In this document: piece by piece, positions 31,738 to 43,483 of the stretch | How positions within the stretch are numbered: the first letter of the stretch is position 1 | How the letters are laid out: each line of letters starts with the position of its first letter | From: Eledone cirrhosa | Lineage: Eukaryota | NCBI GenBank assembly: GCA_964016885.1 | Contig: OZ024740.1 | Coordinates: forward strand, 193,254,001 to 193,318,000 | Direction of reading: 5' to 3' | DNA: 64,000 nt | Program-made: the position numbers and the translations under genes | The notes under the pieces: model-generated | Told to the model about the DNA's origin: nothing | Seen by the model: only the letters and a program-made list of their open reading frames with translations | Databases searched by the model: none

Positions 31738-32142
31738 TTATCACATACATAAAATTAAATTAAATTAAATCAATGATACATATATGTGTTGCAACTGTTC
31801 ACTTTTAAGCTCAATGAAGAATTAATAAGTTAAAATCAAAAGATCAGCGCATTATATCGTAAAACGTGTCTATAGAATCAATCAGATATTAAAATATATA
31901 CTATTTCTTCCTCTAATCAGCATAATTAACCATATACATAATCAAATCCAGCAAGCTTTAAGAGTAAATTTTCTAACTGGGAAATCTCCGACAAATAATT
32001 GACCGCAGCCAGTTCGCGTTAACTCCGTTCCATTATTTATCAAACACTTCGGCAGCATGCAGAATCCGATCAAACATATCGTCAACCGAGCGTAATTAGT
32101 AGTAAAATTAAACTTAGAAGAAATGCGCACATACCGTAATTA

Positions 32143-32223
32143 TATCTCGACCATGGTTTCTTCCTTGCTTAGGACATCCAAATAATATGGACTGTCCCGA
32201 GTCAGGATTATCATCAGGAGACA
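32143..32223 (-). ncRNA. Type I hammerhead ribozyme (unit 1)
   Basis: Minus strand TGTCTC-CTGATGA-[long stem II: TCCT..GGGACAGTCCA-TATTATT-TGGATGTCCT..AGGA]-GAAA-CCATGG-TC-GAGATA: complete core, 6-bp stem I, palindromic stem III ACCATGGT, GUC cleavage triplet. Confidence 0.85.
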
Positions 32224-32832
32224 AACTCAGAAATAGACATTTAATTTCTCGGACAGACCCCGCCAAATTTAGATTCAAAAATGACTAAGATCGCTATGTA
32301 GCTGTGTACCAGCCAGAGAGAAAGCGTGTGATTGGTCGCTTACGGCTGGTAGGCATGCTGCTAGAAAGCGCAGCCATATATAGCCAAATTTAATCTCAAC
32401 CGATAGGGAGATTATTAAATATATAGGTTATCACATACATAAAATTAAATTAAATTAAATCAATGATACATATATGTGTTGCAACTGTTCACTTTTAAGC
32501 TCAATGAAGAATTAATAAGTTAAAATCAAAAGATCAGAGCATTATATCATAAAACGTGTCTATAGAATCAATCAGATATTAAAATATATACTATTTCTTC
32601 CTCTAATCAGCATAATTAACCATATACATAATCAAATCCAGCAAGCTTTAAGAGTAAATTTTCTAACTGGGAAATCTCCGACAAATAATTGACCGCAGCC
32701 AGTTCGCGTTAACTCCGTTCCATTATTTATCAAACACTTCGGCAGCATGCAGAATCCGATCAAACATATCGTCAACCGAGCGTAATTAGTAGTAAAATCA
32801 AACTTAGAAGAAATGCGCACATACCGTAATTA

Positions 32833-32913
32833 TATCTCGACCATGGTTTCTTCCTTGTTTAGGGCATCCAAATAATATGGACTGTCCCGAGTCAGGATTA
32901 TCATCAGGAGACA
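32833..32913 (-). ncRNA. Type I hammerhead ribozyme (unit 2)
   Basis: Same motif shifted by 690 bp; core intact. Confidence 0.85.
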
Positions 32914-33522
32914 AACTCAGAAATAGACATTTAATTTCTCGGACAGACCCCGCCAAATTTAGATTCAAAAATGACTAAGATCGCTATGTAGCTGTGTACC
33001 AGCCAGAGAGAAAGCGTGTGATTGGTCGCTTACGGCGGGTAGGCATGCTGCTAGAAAGCGCAGCCATATATAGCCAAATTTAATCTCAACCGATAGGGAG
33101 ATTATTAAATATATAGGTTATCACATACATAAAATTAAATTAAATTAAATCAATGATACATATATGTGTTGCAACTGTTCACTTTTAAGCTCAATGAAGA
33201 ATTAATAAGTTAAAATCAAAAGATCAGAGCATGATATCATAAAACGTGTCTATAGAATCAATCAGATATTAAAATATATACTATTTCTTCCTCTAATCAG
33301 CATAATTAACCATATACATAATCAAATCCAGCAAGCTTTAAGAGTAAATTTTCTAACTGGGAAATCTCCGACAAATAATTGACCGCAGCCAGTTCGCGTT
33401 AACTCCGTTCCATTATTTATCAAACACTTCGGCAGCATGCAGAATCCGATCAAACATATCGTCAACCGAGCGTAATTAGTAGTAAAATTAAACTTAGAAG
33501 AAATGCGCACATACCGTAATTA

Positions 33523-33603
33523 TATCTCGACCATGGTTTCTTCCTTGTTTAGGACATCCAAATAATATGGACTGTCCCGAGTCAGGATTATCATCAGGAG
33601 ACA
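33523..33603 (-). ncRNA. Type I hammerhead ribozyme (unit 3)
   Basis: Same motif shifted by 1380 bp; core intact. Confidence 0.85.
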
Positions 33604-34380
33604 AACTCAGAAATAGACATTTAATTTCTCGGACAGACCCCGCCAAATTTAGATTCAAAAATGACTAAGATCGCTATGTAGCTGTGTACCAGCCAGAGAG
33701 AAAGCGTGTGATTGGTCGCTTACGGCGGGTAGGCATGCTGGTAGAAAGCGCAGCCATATATAGCCAAATTTAATCTCAACCGATAGGGAGATTATTAAAT
33801 ATATAGGTTATCACATACATAAAATTAAATTAAATTAAATCAATGATACATATATGTGTTGCAACTGTTCACTTTTAAGCTCAATGAAGAATTAATAAGT
33901 TAAAATCAAAAGATCAGAGCATTATATCATAAAACGTGTCTATAGAATCAATCAGATATTAAAATATATACTATTTCTTCCTCTAATCAGCATAATTAAC
34001 CATATACATAATCAAATCCAGCAAGCTTTAAGAGTAAATTTTCTAACTGGGAAATCTCCGACAAATAATTGACCGCAGCCAGTTCGCGTTAACTCCAATC
34101 CATTATTTATCAAACACATATTAGTTGGATGTCCTAAACAAGGAAGAAACCATGGTCGAGATATAATTACGGTATGTGCGCATTTCTTGTAAGTTTAATT
34201 TTACTACTAATTACGCGTGGTTGACGATATGTTTGATCGGATTCTGCATGCTGCCGAAGTGTTTGATAAATAATGGAACGGAGTTAACGCGAACTGGCTG
34301 CGGTCAATTATTTGTCGGAGATTTCCCAGTTAGAAAATTTACTCTTAAAGCTTGCTGGATTTGATTATATATATATATAA

Positions 34381-35092
34381 AATATATAGGTTTACATAAA
34401 CATAAACTAAACAGAGCCATAAATATATATATATATATATGTTTTTGGCAACCATTCACGGTGTGGCTCAATGACGAATTAATTAATTGAATAATTGTTT
34501 CTACGTTAGGCACAAGGCCAGCAAAAACCCAGTGTATTACTGGTACTTTATTTTATCGACCCCGTAAGGATGAAAGGCAAAGTTAACCTCGGCGGGATTT
34601 GAACTCAGAATGGCAAGGGCGGTAACTCTATGTGCCAAAGCATGGCATCCGGCACTCTACCAATACTGCCAATCCACCACCTATATTAATTAATTAACTA
34701 ATCAAGAATCAGAATATATAAGAAAGTAAGTCCATAGAATCATTTGATAAAATACATACCGTATTTCTCCTCCCAATCAGCTTAATTAACCACAAAAAAA
34801 TCAATTAATCGAGGCTATAAGTTTAAAATGTACCTTTAAAGAAACAATAGATAAATAAATGATAGCTATTTTATCCGCGATCAACAGCCACAGAAGATTT
34901 ACCATGTATTTCTAATAGCAAGTAGAAATCGACCAGACATTTAGCCAACCATTGACAATTAGGTATAAAATCAAAGTTAGAAGAAAAAATATACATAAAC
35001 AAACCAAAATTGTGTGGTTGATTATGCTGATTGGGAGGAAAAATACTGTATATATTTTAACAAATGATTCTACGGACTTACTTTCTTATATA
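34381..35092. mobile_element. Diverged relative of the 690-bp unit, fold-back, interrupted by a SINE
   Basis: 34381 ATATAGGTTTACATAAACATAAA resembles the unit start; 34700-34795 resembles 31834-31935; 34925-34985 resembles 32060-32125; 35008-35092 is the inverse of 34712-34795. Confidence 0.65.
34491..34682 (-). mobile_element. tRNA-derived SINE (family A)
   Basis: Reverse complement of the 2407 element. Confidence 0.88.
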
Positions 35093-35102
35093 TATATATG
35101 TG

Positions 35103-35137
<35 letters not shown>

Positions 35138-35949
35138 GTATGCATAGACGTTTGGAATTAGGTGGCCAGAACAATGCAGGTATGAATATAGAATATAAAT
35201 ACAAATGCAAAAGATATCGCTGACAATTAGTCTTTTACCTTAAATTTATTTGAATATCCTTAAGTTTCGAGATAAAATCTCTTCTTCCGAGGGAAGTAGA
35301 GGGGTTAATCCAGTGTTCTCCCTTTATGTGTGTGTATATATATACATATACCCCTATACATATTTTCTCTTACCATAACCATGTCAGGGCATGACTGACT
35401 AAATCTCGATAAGTCTGAAAACAAACATGAGAAGATACTGATACGTGGTTTTACCTCATGTTAACTGTGCTACATCATTACTGATCAGAAGCTAAACAAC
35501 TGATATTAGCAGGGATATTACGGTGAGATATAGACATAAGCTGCTCTTGTGTGTTTTCCCTGGAAGTTATTTAAACGAAATTGTTGATATTCAAAATATA
35601 AAGAAACCGTTATCTTTGTTTGGGTTCATCCCTAGGTGAAATGAAGGCATAATTAATTAACAAGGAATATATTTGCGGACAATTTAATTATGTCAATGAC
35701 ACTGTAACTATGAAAATATGTAGATGCAATAATGTTGTTTGTATCTTCTCTTTTCATCGGAGATTATGATACGTTTCAGAAATGCATCGCAATCTTTCTA
35801 TCAATTAATATACTCACATCATGACGTTGCAAGTTTGAGTGTCATTAACTTCAGCCTATTCTGTTTTCTTTCGATGAAATGATGTTTACACTAGATTTGT
35901 CAAAGGTTTCAGTACTTACTGGAACAATTCGTCTTGGTTATATTTCAAT

Positions 35950-36319
35950 TGCTGGTGACATTATTTCATTTAAACCATGCTTCAACATCTCTTGTGATTC
36001 GTTATTGATAGATATATTTCCAGATTTATTTTTGTTAAATCAGCGCTAGACAGGTTGCACCGTTCTCATACTCAGTCTAATTGTAGCATATATATTTATG
36101 ATAGCTGCAGCAGTATTTTTCAGCTCTATGCATGGTGCTTGTGGGATCGCTGGCTTAGGATGAACCGACCTCGTCGAACAAAATCAGAGAAGACTGAGTA
36201 TGAGAACGGTGCAACCTGTGCAGCGCTAATTTAACAAAAATAAATCTGGAAATATATTTAACATTAACGAAACTCAAGAGATGTTGAAGCATAGTTTTAA
36301 TGAAATAATATAACCAGCA
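35950..36319. repeat. Inverted repeat element (~128-bp arms), MITE-like or fold-back insertion
   Basis: 35950-36078 pairs with 36192-36319 (TGCTGGT..ACCAGCA; CAGGTTGCACCGTTCTCATACTCAGTCT and its reverse complement). Confidence 0.8.
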
Positions 36320-36330
36320 TTTATTATATA

Positions 36331-37153
36331 CTAGCAGAATGGCCCGGCGTTGCTCGGGATTCTAAACATAGATTGGCATGTTTATCCCTCCTTTCTGAAA
36401 CAGTTTCGTCGTATGTTCACCAATTGATGCAGAAGTCCTAATAAAGAGTGCAGTCGCCATGGCTGAATAGGCAAATAGTTTTCCATTAAGATTTTTCAAA
36501 AGCATGTATAGCGTTACCTCTTTTTTGGTTGTTGTTTTTGCTGCCGTTGGTTGTATAATATCACAGTCTGGTCCTTCTTCAGCCAATCGTGTATATCCTC
36601 TTATACCTGCTCAGCAATGAGAACAATATTTGCTCTAGGGTTCTTATATATTTGATATATATCCTTATCGAGCCTCGTGAAATAAATACGTTTGTTTATA
36701 TTTTATTATTGTGTATGCAAAAATATCTGTACATGAATATAGAATTATAAATATATATATATATATTAAAAAAAAATAACGGATTAAAGTTTAAGCGAAG
36801 AATCGCTGCGGGATCTTCTGAAACTAAAAGAATCAATCTATGAGTGCAGAAGTAAATATTTCGAAAAACGTTACACACTATATATACACACACACTATAT
36901 ATACATATACACACAAACACAGTGTCATAATGTCGTAATGCAGACAACCAGACATACAGACAGATATTATAAGAACGCGGCGTTATAGCTATCTAATGCG
37001 GTCACTAGGGCATTGAAAATTAGAGGTATTCTTTGCTCAGAACATTCAAACGACCATAAGTATTACATGTGTAAAGTTTGAAAAAAATTGGTTGGGTGGT
37101 TCTCGAGTTTAGGGAGTCAGACAGACAGATATTCTCTGTTTTAGATATTTAGA
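36331..37153 (-). mobile_element. Non-autonomous Helitron
   Basis: Minus strand starts TCTAAATATCTAAAACAGAG..(GTCT)n and ends with hairpin CCCGAGCAACGCCGGG, 8 nt, then CTAG; lies between A and T. Confidence 0.8.
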
Positions 37154-37166
37154 TATATATGATAAA

Positions 37167-37916
37167 CTAGCAGTGGTACCTGGCGTTGCACCGGATAAGG
37201 TATTTTGGAACGCGGGCCCCCAACTGACATAATCGTAGAAAAAATGCATGCCTTGCCAACATGTAAAGAAAATTAACCGAATACTCTGATGGCTGGATAA
37301 TCTTTAAGATTTTCCTCGATGAAGCAGCAAAAATGCAGGTTTTCACCCAATGTGGGCCCTACGGGATCAAGAAAATGAATTTTTTTTATGTGCATTATAT
37401 ACCTTGAAATTTCGGAAAATCGGCTAGACGTAACAACTAATAAATGTATGTTAGCAATATTAAGTTCTCCACGCTTTAGTATATCTCCAATTCCATTGAA
37501 GGGAACAGCTAGATGATGTAAAACGAAGTATTAGTATCAAAAAGATAATCCGAAGGCAAGGTAAAATTTCCAATCATTTTAATCACGACACATGTTTCAA
37601 TAACCGATAGATCGATCGTGAAGCCATGATCATTTATCACTGATCTCATCAGGTGAAAATGAATTGCCATCAAATTCTTGATATGAGGGAGAAGATTAGC
37701 AATTTTCACTCACAGAGTTTATTCCCTCATATGAAGATCAAGCAGTTAAAATGCGACGACTGCTATCAACTTCAGTTAAGGTCATAAAACAATCAAATTT
37801 CTATATCGCAATAGCTGCAAAAGACGCCGGACATCAATCAAATATGTAGAAATACAGTCGGTCACAGTTAATGTGAGTGGGTACGCACACACTCAAGACC
37901 TACGCACACCGACTCG

Positions 37917-37958
<42 letters not shown>

Positions 37959-38492
37959 TATATTCGTGTACAGATATTTTTACTTACACAATAACAAAAT
38001 ATAAACGAAAGTATTTATTTCTTGATAAACTATTGATTTATATATATATTAAAATAACAGATTAAAGTTTAAGCAAAGAATAGCTGCTTTCAACCTTAAC
38101 GGTATCTTCTGAAACTAAAAAAGATCAATCTGTGAACGCAGAAGTAAATAATTCGAAAAACGTTACACACTATATATATATATACACACACACATCGCGT
38201 CATAATGTCGTAATGCAGACAGCCAGGCATACAGAAGGATATTATAAGGGCACAACGTTATATCTATGTATCTATCTAAAAAGAGAAAGACTAACGATTA
38301 TAGAGGGAGATTGCTAAATCGCCTAATGCGGTTTTTTGGGGCATTGAAAATTTGAAATAATTTTTTTCTCAAAACACTCACAGTAGATGAGTATTACAAG
38401 TGTCATGTTTGAAAAGAATCGGTTGGGTGGTTCTCGAGTTTTATTGATCGGACAGACAGACAGACAGACATTCTCTGTTTTAGATACATAGA
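37167..38492 (-). mobile_element. Non-autonomous Helitron, second tandem copy
   Basis: Starts TCTATGTATCTAAAACAGAG..(GTCT)n and ends CCGGTGCAACGCCAGG..CTGCTAG; 38050-38492 is homologous to 36773-37153. Confidence 0.8.
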
Positions 38493-38589
38493 TAATATTA
38501 ACACCATTTATCACCATTTATCTGAACACAAATACACAACTGAACACGTATAGACAACAGAGCAACAGGAAGCTGCCCATCTATCCCAT

Positions 38590-39062
38590 ACTTTTGCAGA
38601 ACCTTCCAGAGCAGGTCCTGCGGGACTCGATCACTCTTTTTCGATGTCTACAAATCACGAATATACTTCTTTGAAATATACCGCAGTGTGAATATTTGGT
38701 CGCCCGTGCTGCGCCCGGGGCGAAAACCACACTGTTCATCATCTAGCTTGGACGCGACAAACTTTCGACATCTCATTGCCAGACACTTAGCATACATTTT
38801 AGTGGAGAGGGTTAAGAAGGAGATCCATCTGTAATTGGAACAATCTCTCTTGTCTTCTTTTTTGAAAATTGGGATTATCACTCCCGATTGACATTGCTTA
38901 GGTGCTTTTCCCGAAGTCCAGGCCACCCAGCACACAAGAATCAGCCAGAGAATACCTTGTCCATGAAAGGCTTTTAGCATCGCGAGTCGGATTTCATAAT
39001 TCCCAACAGCTTTGCTTCTCTTGAGCTCTTAAACCACTCTTATGATCTCAGCCACCGAGAGA
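38590..39062 (-). mobile_element. RTE-clade LINE RT fragment
   Basis: ORF 38648-38980: GVIIPIFKKEDKRDCSNYRWIS..EQCGFRPGRSTGDQIFTL. Confidence 0.88.
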
Positions 39063-41040
39063 TTATTAATTATTGTTCTTAATACGTATAATTACCAATA
39101 TAAGATGGCTAATGGAGAGACTCCTTCATACGTTGAAGAGAATGCATTGTAGCTTTCATTCCGACTCTTTGCTTTCATAGTTCAAATATAACTTATGCCG
39201 TCATTGCGTTTCGTCTTTTCGAATGGGATTAATAATGCACTTTATAAGTACTGGCGTCGGTGCTTCTTGTATCATTTATACATTTTATCTCTATCCTTTC
39301 TCTGACAATTTCTTTAGATCTAGAAAAGTATAGGCTTAGCCAGGTTTAACAGGCTCAGGAGAGAGAGCGTATGTCAACACCTCTGTTTCACTATCGGGTC
39401 CGGAGTTCACTGTCCGTGGATGGTTGAATGAATTATTCTCGATAGTCTAAACATATGTCTTTGTTTAACATTTCTGACTGAGCACACATTATACATCTGA
39501 CGAGAACAGATCATTATAATAATGATAATTTGTACTACTGGGCTGGAAGCGAACTACTAAAAACAAATTCACTCCGAACTGCATTAGTGACAATCTGTTT
39601 CATTTACAAGTAATTATAATACCTTCACTGATTACGATCTCCACCAAGTTATACTATTATTTAGAATAGAAACATAATGTACGAATTTGTTGGGGCATTT
39701 AATCAATACAAAACTTTAGCTGAAGTTTCTCAAATATACTTGTATAGGAATGTGTAATTTATCTTTCCTAAGAGCATGGATAAATAATTAAAGTAAAGTG
39801 TATGAGATTGTTATAAAATTGTCTTATATTGAGGTCATCAGGTGCTTATTTGCATCATTCCTTTGTGAAACAATGGTTTGAGTTTTATATAAGTACTATT
39901 AAGTACTATTAAGTACTATTAATATGAACAAGTAGTTCTCGTATATGTCGAAACTGTATTGATGATATCGATGATAGAGAGGAAGAGTTTGTGATACGTA
40001 AGTAATTTTAACGCCAAAAATCTGTTGTTGATTGCACAAAAGCACATTACGACAAAAGAAAAACAATATGAGTAAAAGAAACTATTTCTAGTTTACTTGT
40101 GCTCCACTTTTGTTACCATTCATTTAATGATGAAAGGCATTTCTCAGTCTTTATATTTTTCTCTAGCTCAAATGTCAATTACATATATTCACTTTTCTTA
40201 CATACTGAACACCTTTTAATGAGTAAAAAAAATAAAGAAACACTTGCTGAATCTCCCATTTTTTATTGTTATTTTAAAATGTTTTATTTCTCACGTTTTT
40301 ATTTTTTCTAAATCCTTTTATTTCCTTCTTTCCACCTTTTTGTGTCGTTTTTTTACACATTCGTCATGATTTATGGTTTGGGAAAAAGAATCGTAATAAA
40401 ACAATACAGGAAGGATGTAAAGATAATACAATAGAACCATTAGATGCCATCATGAATTCTTAAGATAAAATGGAAATAAAAAGAAAGGTAACATGTTTCG
40501 TAATATATATTTCGCTTTTCATTCATTTTGTTCTTATTATTTTACTGGAGACTTGGCCTTATCATTATATGTTGTTTTATTTTACTAGCCATTTTTTTAA
40601 ATTCCTTTTTCAACTGTTTTCCCCAATCTTTTCTTGATTAATAATTGTTATATATAATGAATGAGATATTTTTATTTTAGTTTTTGCTTTGCTTTTTTCC
40701 CACTTTTGTATCCTTCTATTTTTCTAAATTACCTGCAATATATTCCTATTTCTAATAAATCTTATGTGGTAGTTTATTTCACTGTCTCTATTAATTGTTT
40801 TTATATAGTTATTTTTAGGAAATTTCTTTTATATGTTGAGTTCGTTCGAGTGATGTCTCCCCAAAAAGAGTTTCAAAACTGAAAGAAGTCGATATACTAG
40901 AATAGAAACGTGAAAGATATTATAATAAAGTAAACATATAATTCAGAAATCAACGTTAATTAATAGATAAGTATTACAAAAATAAGAAACAACGGGAACA
41001 TGCAGTCATCTCACAATTAATGTCGTTATAAAAGAAACAA

Positions 41041-41044
41041 AAAT

Positions 41045-41081
<37 letters not shown>

Positions 41082-41205
41082 GCAACAACAACAACAACGG
41101 CAACAGCAACAGCAACAGCAATAACAACAACAATAATAATACTACTACTACTAATAATACTACTACTACTAATAATAATAATAATAATAACAATAAAGAT
41201 AATGA
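41041..41205. repeat. Compound trinucleotide microsatellite (AAC/AGC/AAT/ACT)
   Basis: Directly visible. Confidence 0.95.
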
Positions 41206-41455
41206 TTTCTTTATTAACCACAAGGGTTTACGTAAAGTAGACATTAAGGACAGTGCAGGACAATACAGGACGGTACAAATGGGCATTTCTGCGTGTAAAG
41301 AACAAAAACAGAGGATGTAACAAAAAATAACAATGAAATATTCCCAAATAGGGGGGGGGGGGAGACTTCGGAGGGACATTTGTGGAGAAAGCCTAGTAAA
41401 AGGCCACAGTGACCCTGACCACCAAGGCAAGTGCCCTCTCCCAGTTTTCCACCTT
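41205..41455 (-). mobile_element. Probable LINE 3' UTR ending in AATAAA then (TTA)n
   Basis: Minus strand ..CCCTTGTGGTTAATAAAGAAATCATTATC runs into the trinucleotide tract; family not identifiable. Confidence 0.4.
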
Positions 41456-41910
41456 TAATTTACAGATACGTACTCAATAAAGATAATAATAGCAGTAGTA
41501 AAAAAAAAAATAATAATATATAACAACAAAATGAACAGTGTTACGAGGGAACCGTGATATGGGTATCGAAAAAATAATGAATTAATGCAATTTACATGTC
41601 AAAAGTGCCACGAAATGAATTGAATAAAAAATATATTAAATAAAATTTAATTCTCTCAAGAAGACTCTAAATTCCTCAACAGTAATAGAACGTTTTATGG
41701 CTTTAAAAACACATTATCTCAGGAAGGAAAAAATTGAGAAAAGGCATAGACTTTTGCGCATGCATCCCCATAATTAACGCAGGTGCTAAATTGATTAGTT
41801 TAGAGCGAGACCACACACACATATATATACATACATATACACACACTTACATATATATATGTGTGTGTGTGCTTGTGTCTGCGTCTGTATATATATATAT
41901 ATATATATAT

Positions 41911-42983
41911 ATAGGAAAATGTATGAGCCCAACAGCAGAGCTCAAGCTGTTTCGACGGCTATTTCTGGACTAAGTTAGAATTTTTAGCCTGGTAAATAAA
42001 TTGCCGAGCTTTTCAAGGGGTACTTCCTTATATGGGAAGATTGCTGTTGTCAAGAGAACTGGTCAAAATTTCTAGTAAACACAATTAGGTCTATCATCGC
42101 AGTGGGTGGGAGGTGGTGGTGGTTGAACTTGCCTGTAGAGAAATGAGTGAGAGGGTGGAGCCGGTCAAGCGTTGACAGTGAAATCTATACAGCAAATTCT
42201 AAGGATTGTGTATGAAAGTAGGCCAGAGGAAGTAGGTGAAAAAGGGTACTGGAGACCATATCGAAAAGGTAATTTAATTGAGATTAGGAGACAATAAAAA
42301 AATAAGAGAAATATATATAAACATATAAATTTGGATAGTAAGAAGTGATACAAAACAAAAACTATTGAGTCTAAAACAGCTGCTATATTTAGTTGAGGTT
42401 GCTTTTTCGGTCAATGCTATAGAATAAGTTGAGAATAGAAGATACTAAATAAGAATTTTTGAAATTATAGAATTGGGTAGCAAAAAATAATACAAAATAT
42501 CTGGGGTCTAACACAGCTGCTATGATTAGTTAATATTGCGTTTTAGGCCAATGCTATCTTTAATTTACAAGGGTGGGGGTACTGCGGCTACAGCTGCCTC
42601 GGAGTAGGCGAAAAGGGAAAAAGAAAGAGGAAGAAGATCGGGAGTGGAAGTAAGTGATATGAGGAGACATAGGAAGAATAAAACAGAGAGAAAAAGAAGA
42701 GGTACATCTACCTATGTAAGCTGGGGTGTCCCCTATCTTATTCGGCAAGTGGGATGTTTCAGCCATTGTCTACCCACCCGGGTTGTAAGGGGGTTTGAAG
42801 GCGAGGTAAGGCCTATGCATCAGTGTTTGCATGAACATTCTAATTTAGTCCAGAAATAGCCGTCAAAACAGCTTGAGATCTGCTGTCGGGGTCATACATT
42901 CTCCTATTACCCACTCTACTACCCTAAGTATTGAGTACTCTGGTGCGTTATGGTTCATCTGGTTCCTTACCACAACTCCTTCG

Positions 42984-42987
<4 letters not shown>
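41911..42987 (-). mobile_element. 5'-truncated Naiad-type PLE with inverted 3' tail, in (TA)n
   Basis: 42700-42835 is homologous to the ORF end and UTR at 26786-26922 (CKH..YLA.KP); 41911-41980 pairs with 42837-42907; extension to 42987. Confidence 0.82.
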
Positions 42988-43055
<68 letters not shown>

Positions 43056-43146
43056 AGTGTAACTTGGAGTTACTGCAGTTCACCCGGGTGAGCACTCGAT
43101 ATTTAGGTTCACTTCTGTGTTGAGGTGTAGAGCTATACAGAGTGTA

Positions 43147-43453
43147 ATATATTGAAAGGATAACAAGGAAGATTGGTTACTCCTTCATTACATTTATTGG
43201 TTGGTGACGTACGTTTCGCCACTGATCAGCTCAAGGTTCGATATGTATCGATCTTACCCGACTCAATAATCGGCAGCTCGACGGACCCTTTAAAATGCTA
43301 TAAATCATATAGGGCCCGTCGAGCTGCCGATTATTGAGTCGGGTAAGATCGATACAGATCGAACCTTGAGCTGATCAGTGGCAAAACGCACGTCACCTAC
43401 CAATAAATGTAATGAAGGTGTAACCAATCGTCCTTGTTATCCTTTCAATATAT
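43147..43453. repeat. Long inverted repeat (~140-bp arms, ~20-bp spacer), pLTR-like
   Basis: 43147-43290 pairs with 43311-43453; read outward the left arm gives GAAACGTACGTC (hammerhead-like 3' half), then AATAAA. Confidence 0.85.
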
Positions 43454-43483
43454 ATATATATATTATCAGATGTTATATATATA

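Larger units (their letters stand above)
31731..34367 (-). mobile_element. Tandem array of 690-bp hammerhead-containing units (retrozyme-like) with a terminal inversion
   Basis: Unit starts (ATATAGGTTATCACATAC) at 31731, 32421, 33111 and 33801; the fourth unit breaks at ~34117 and is followed by an inverted copy 34117-34367; (TA)n on both sides; no credible ORF. Confidence 0.9.

Noticed and set aside
32280-32335. CCAAT, TATA-like and Inr-like motifs upstream of the ribozyme on the minus strand
   Set aside because: Short motifs with non-canonical spacing; a promoter cannot be supported from sequence alone.
31731-34117. Array as CRISPR, rDNA/5S, snRNA or histone repeat
   Set aside because: No repeat-spacer structure and no recognisable rRNA, snRNA or histone sequence.
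31942-34364. Four copies of a 62-aa ORF (MRISSKFNFTT...)
   Set aside because: Non-ATG start, no recognisable domain; repeated only because the 690-bp unit is repeated.
39891-39922. AAGTACTATT repeated three times
   Set aside because: Ordinary short slippage repeat.
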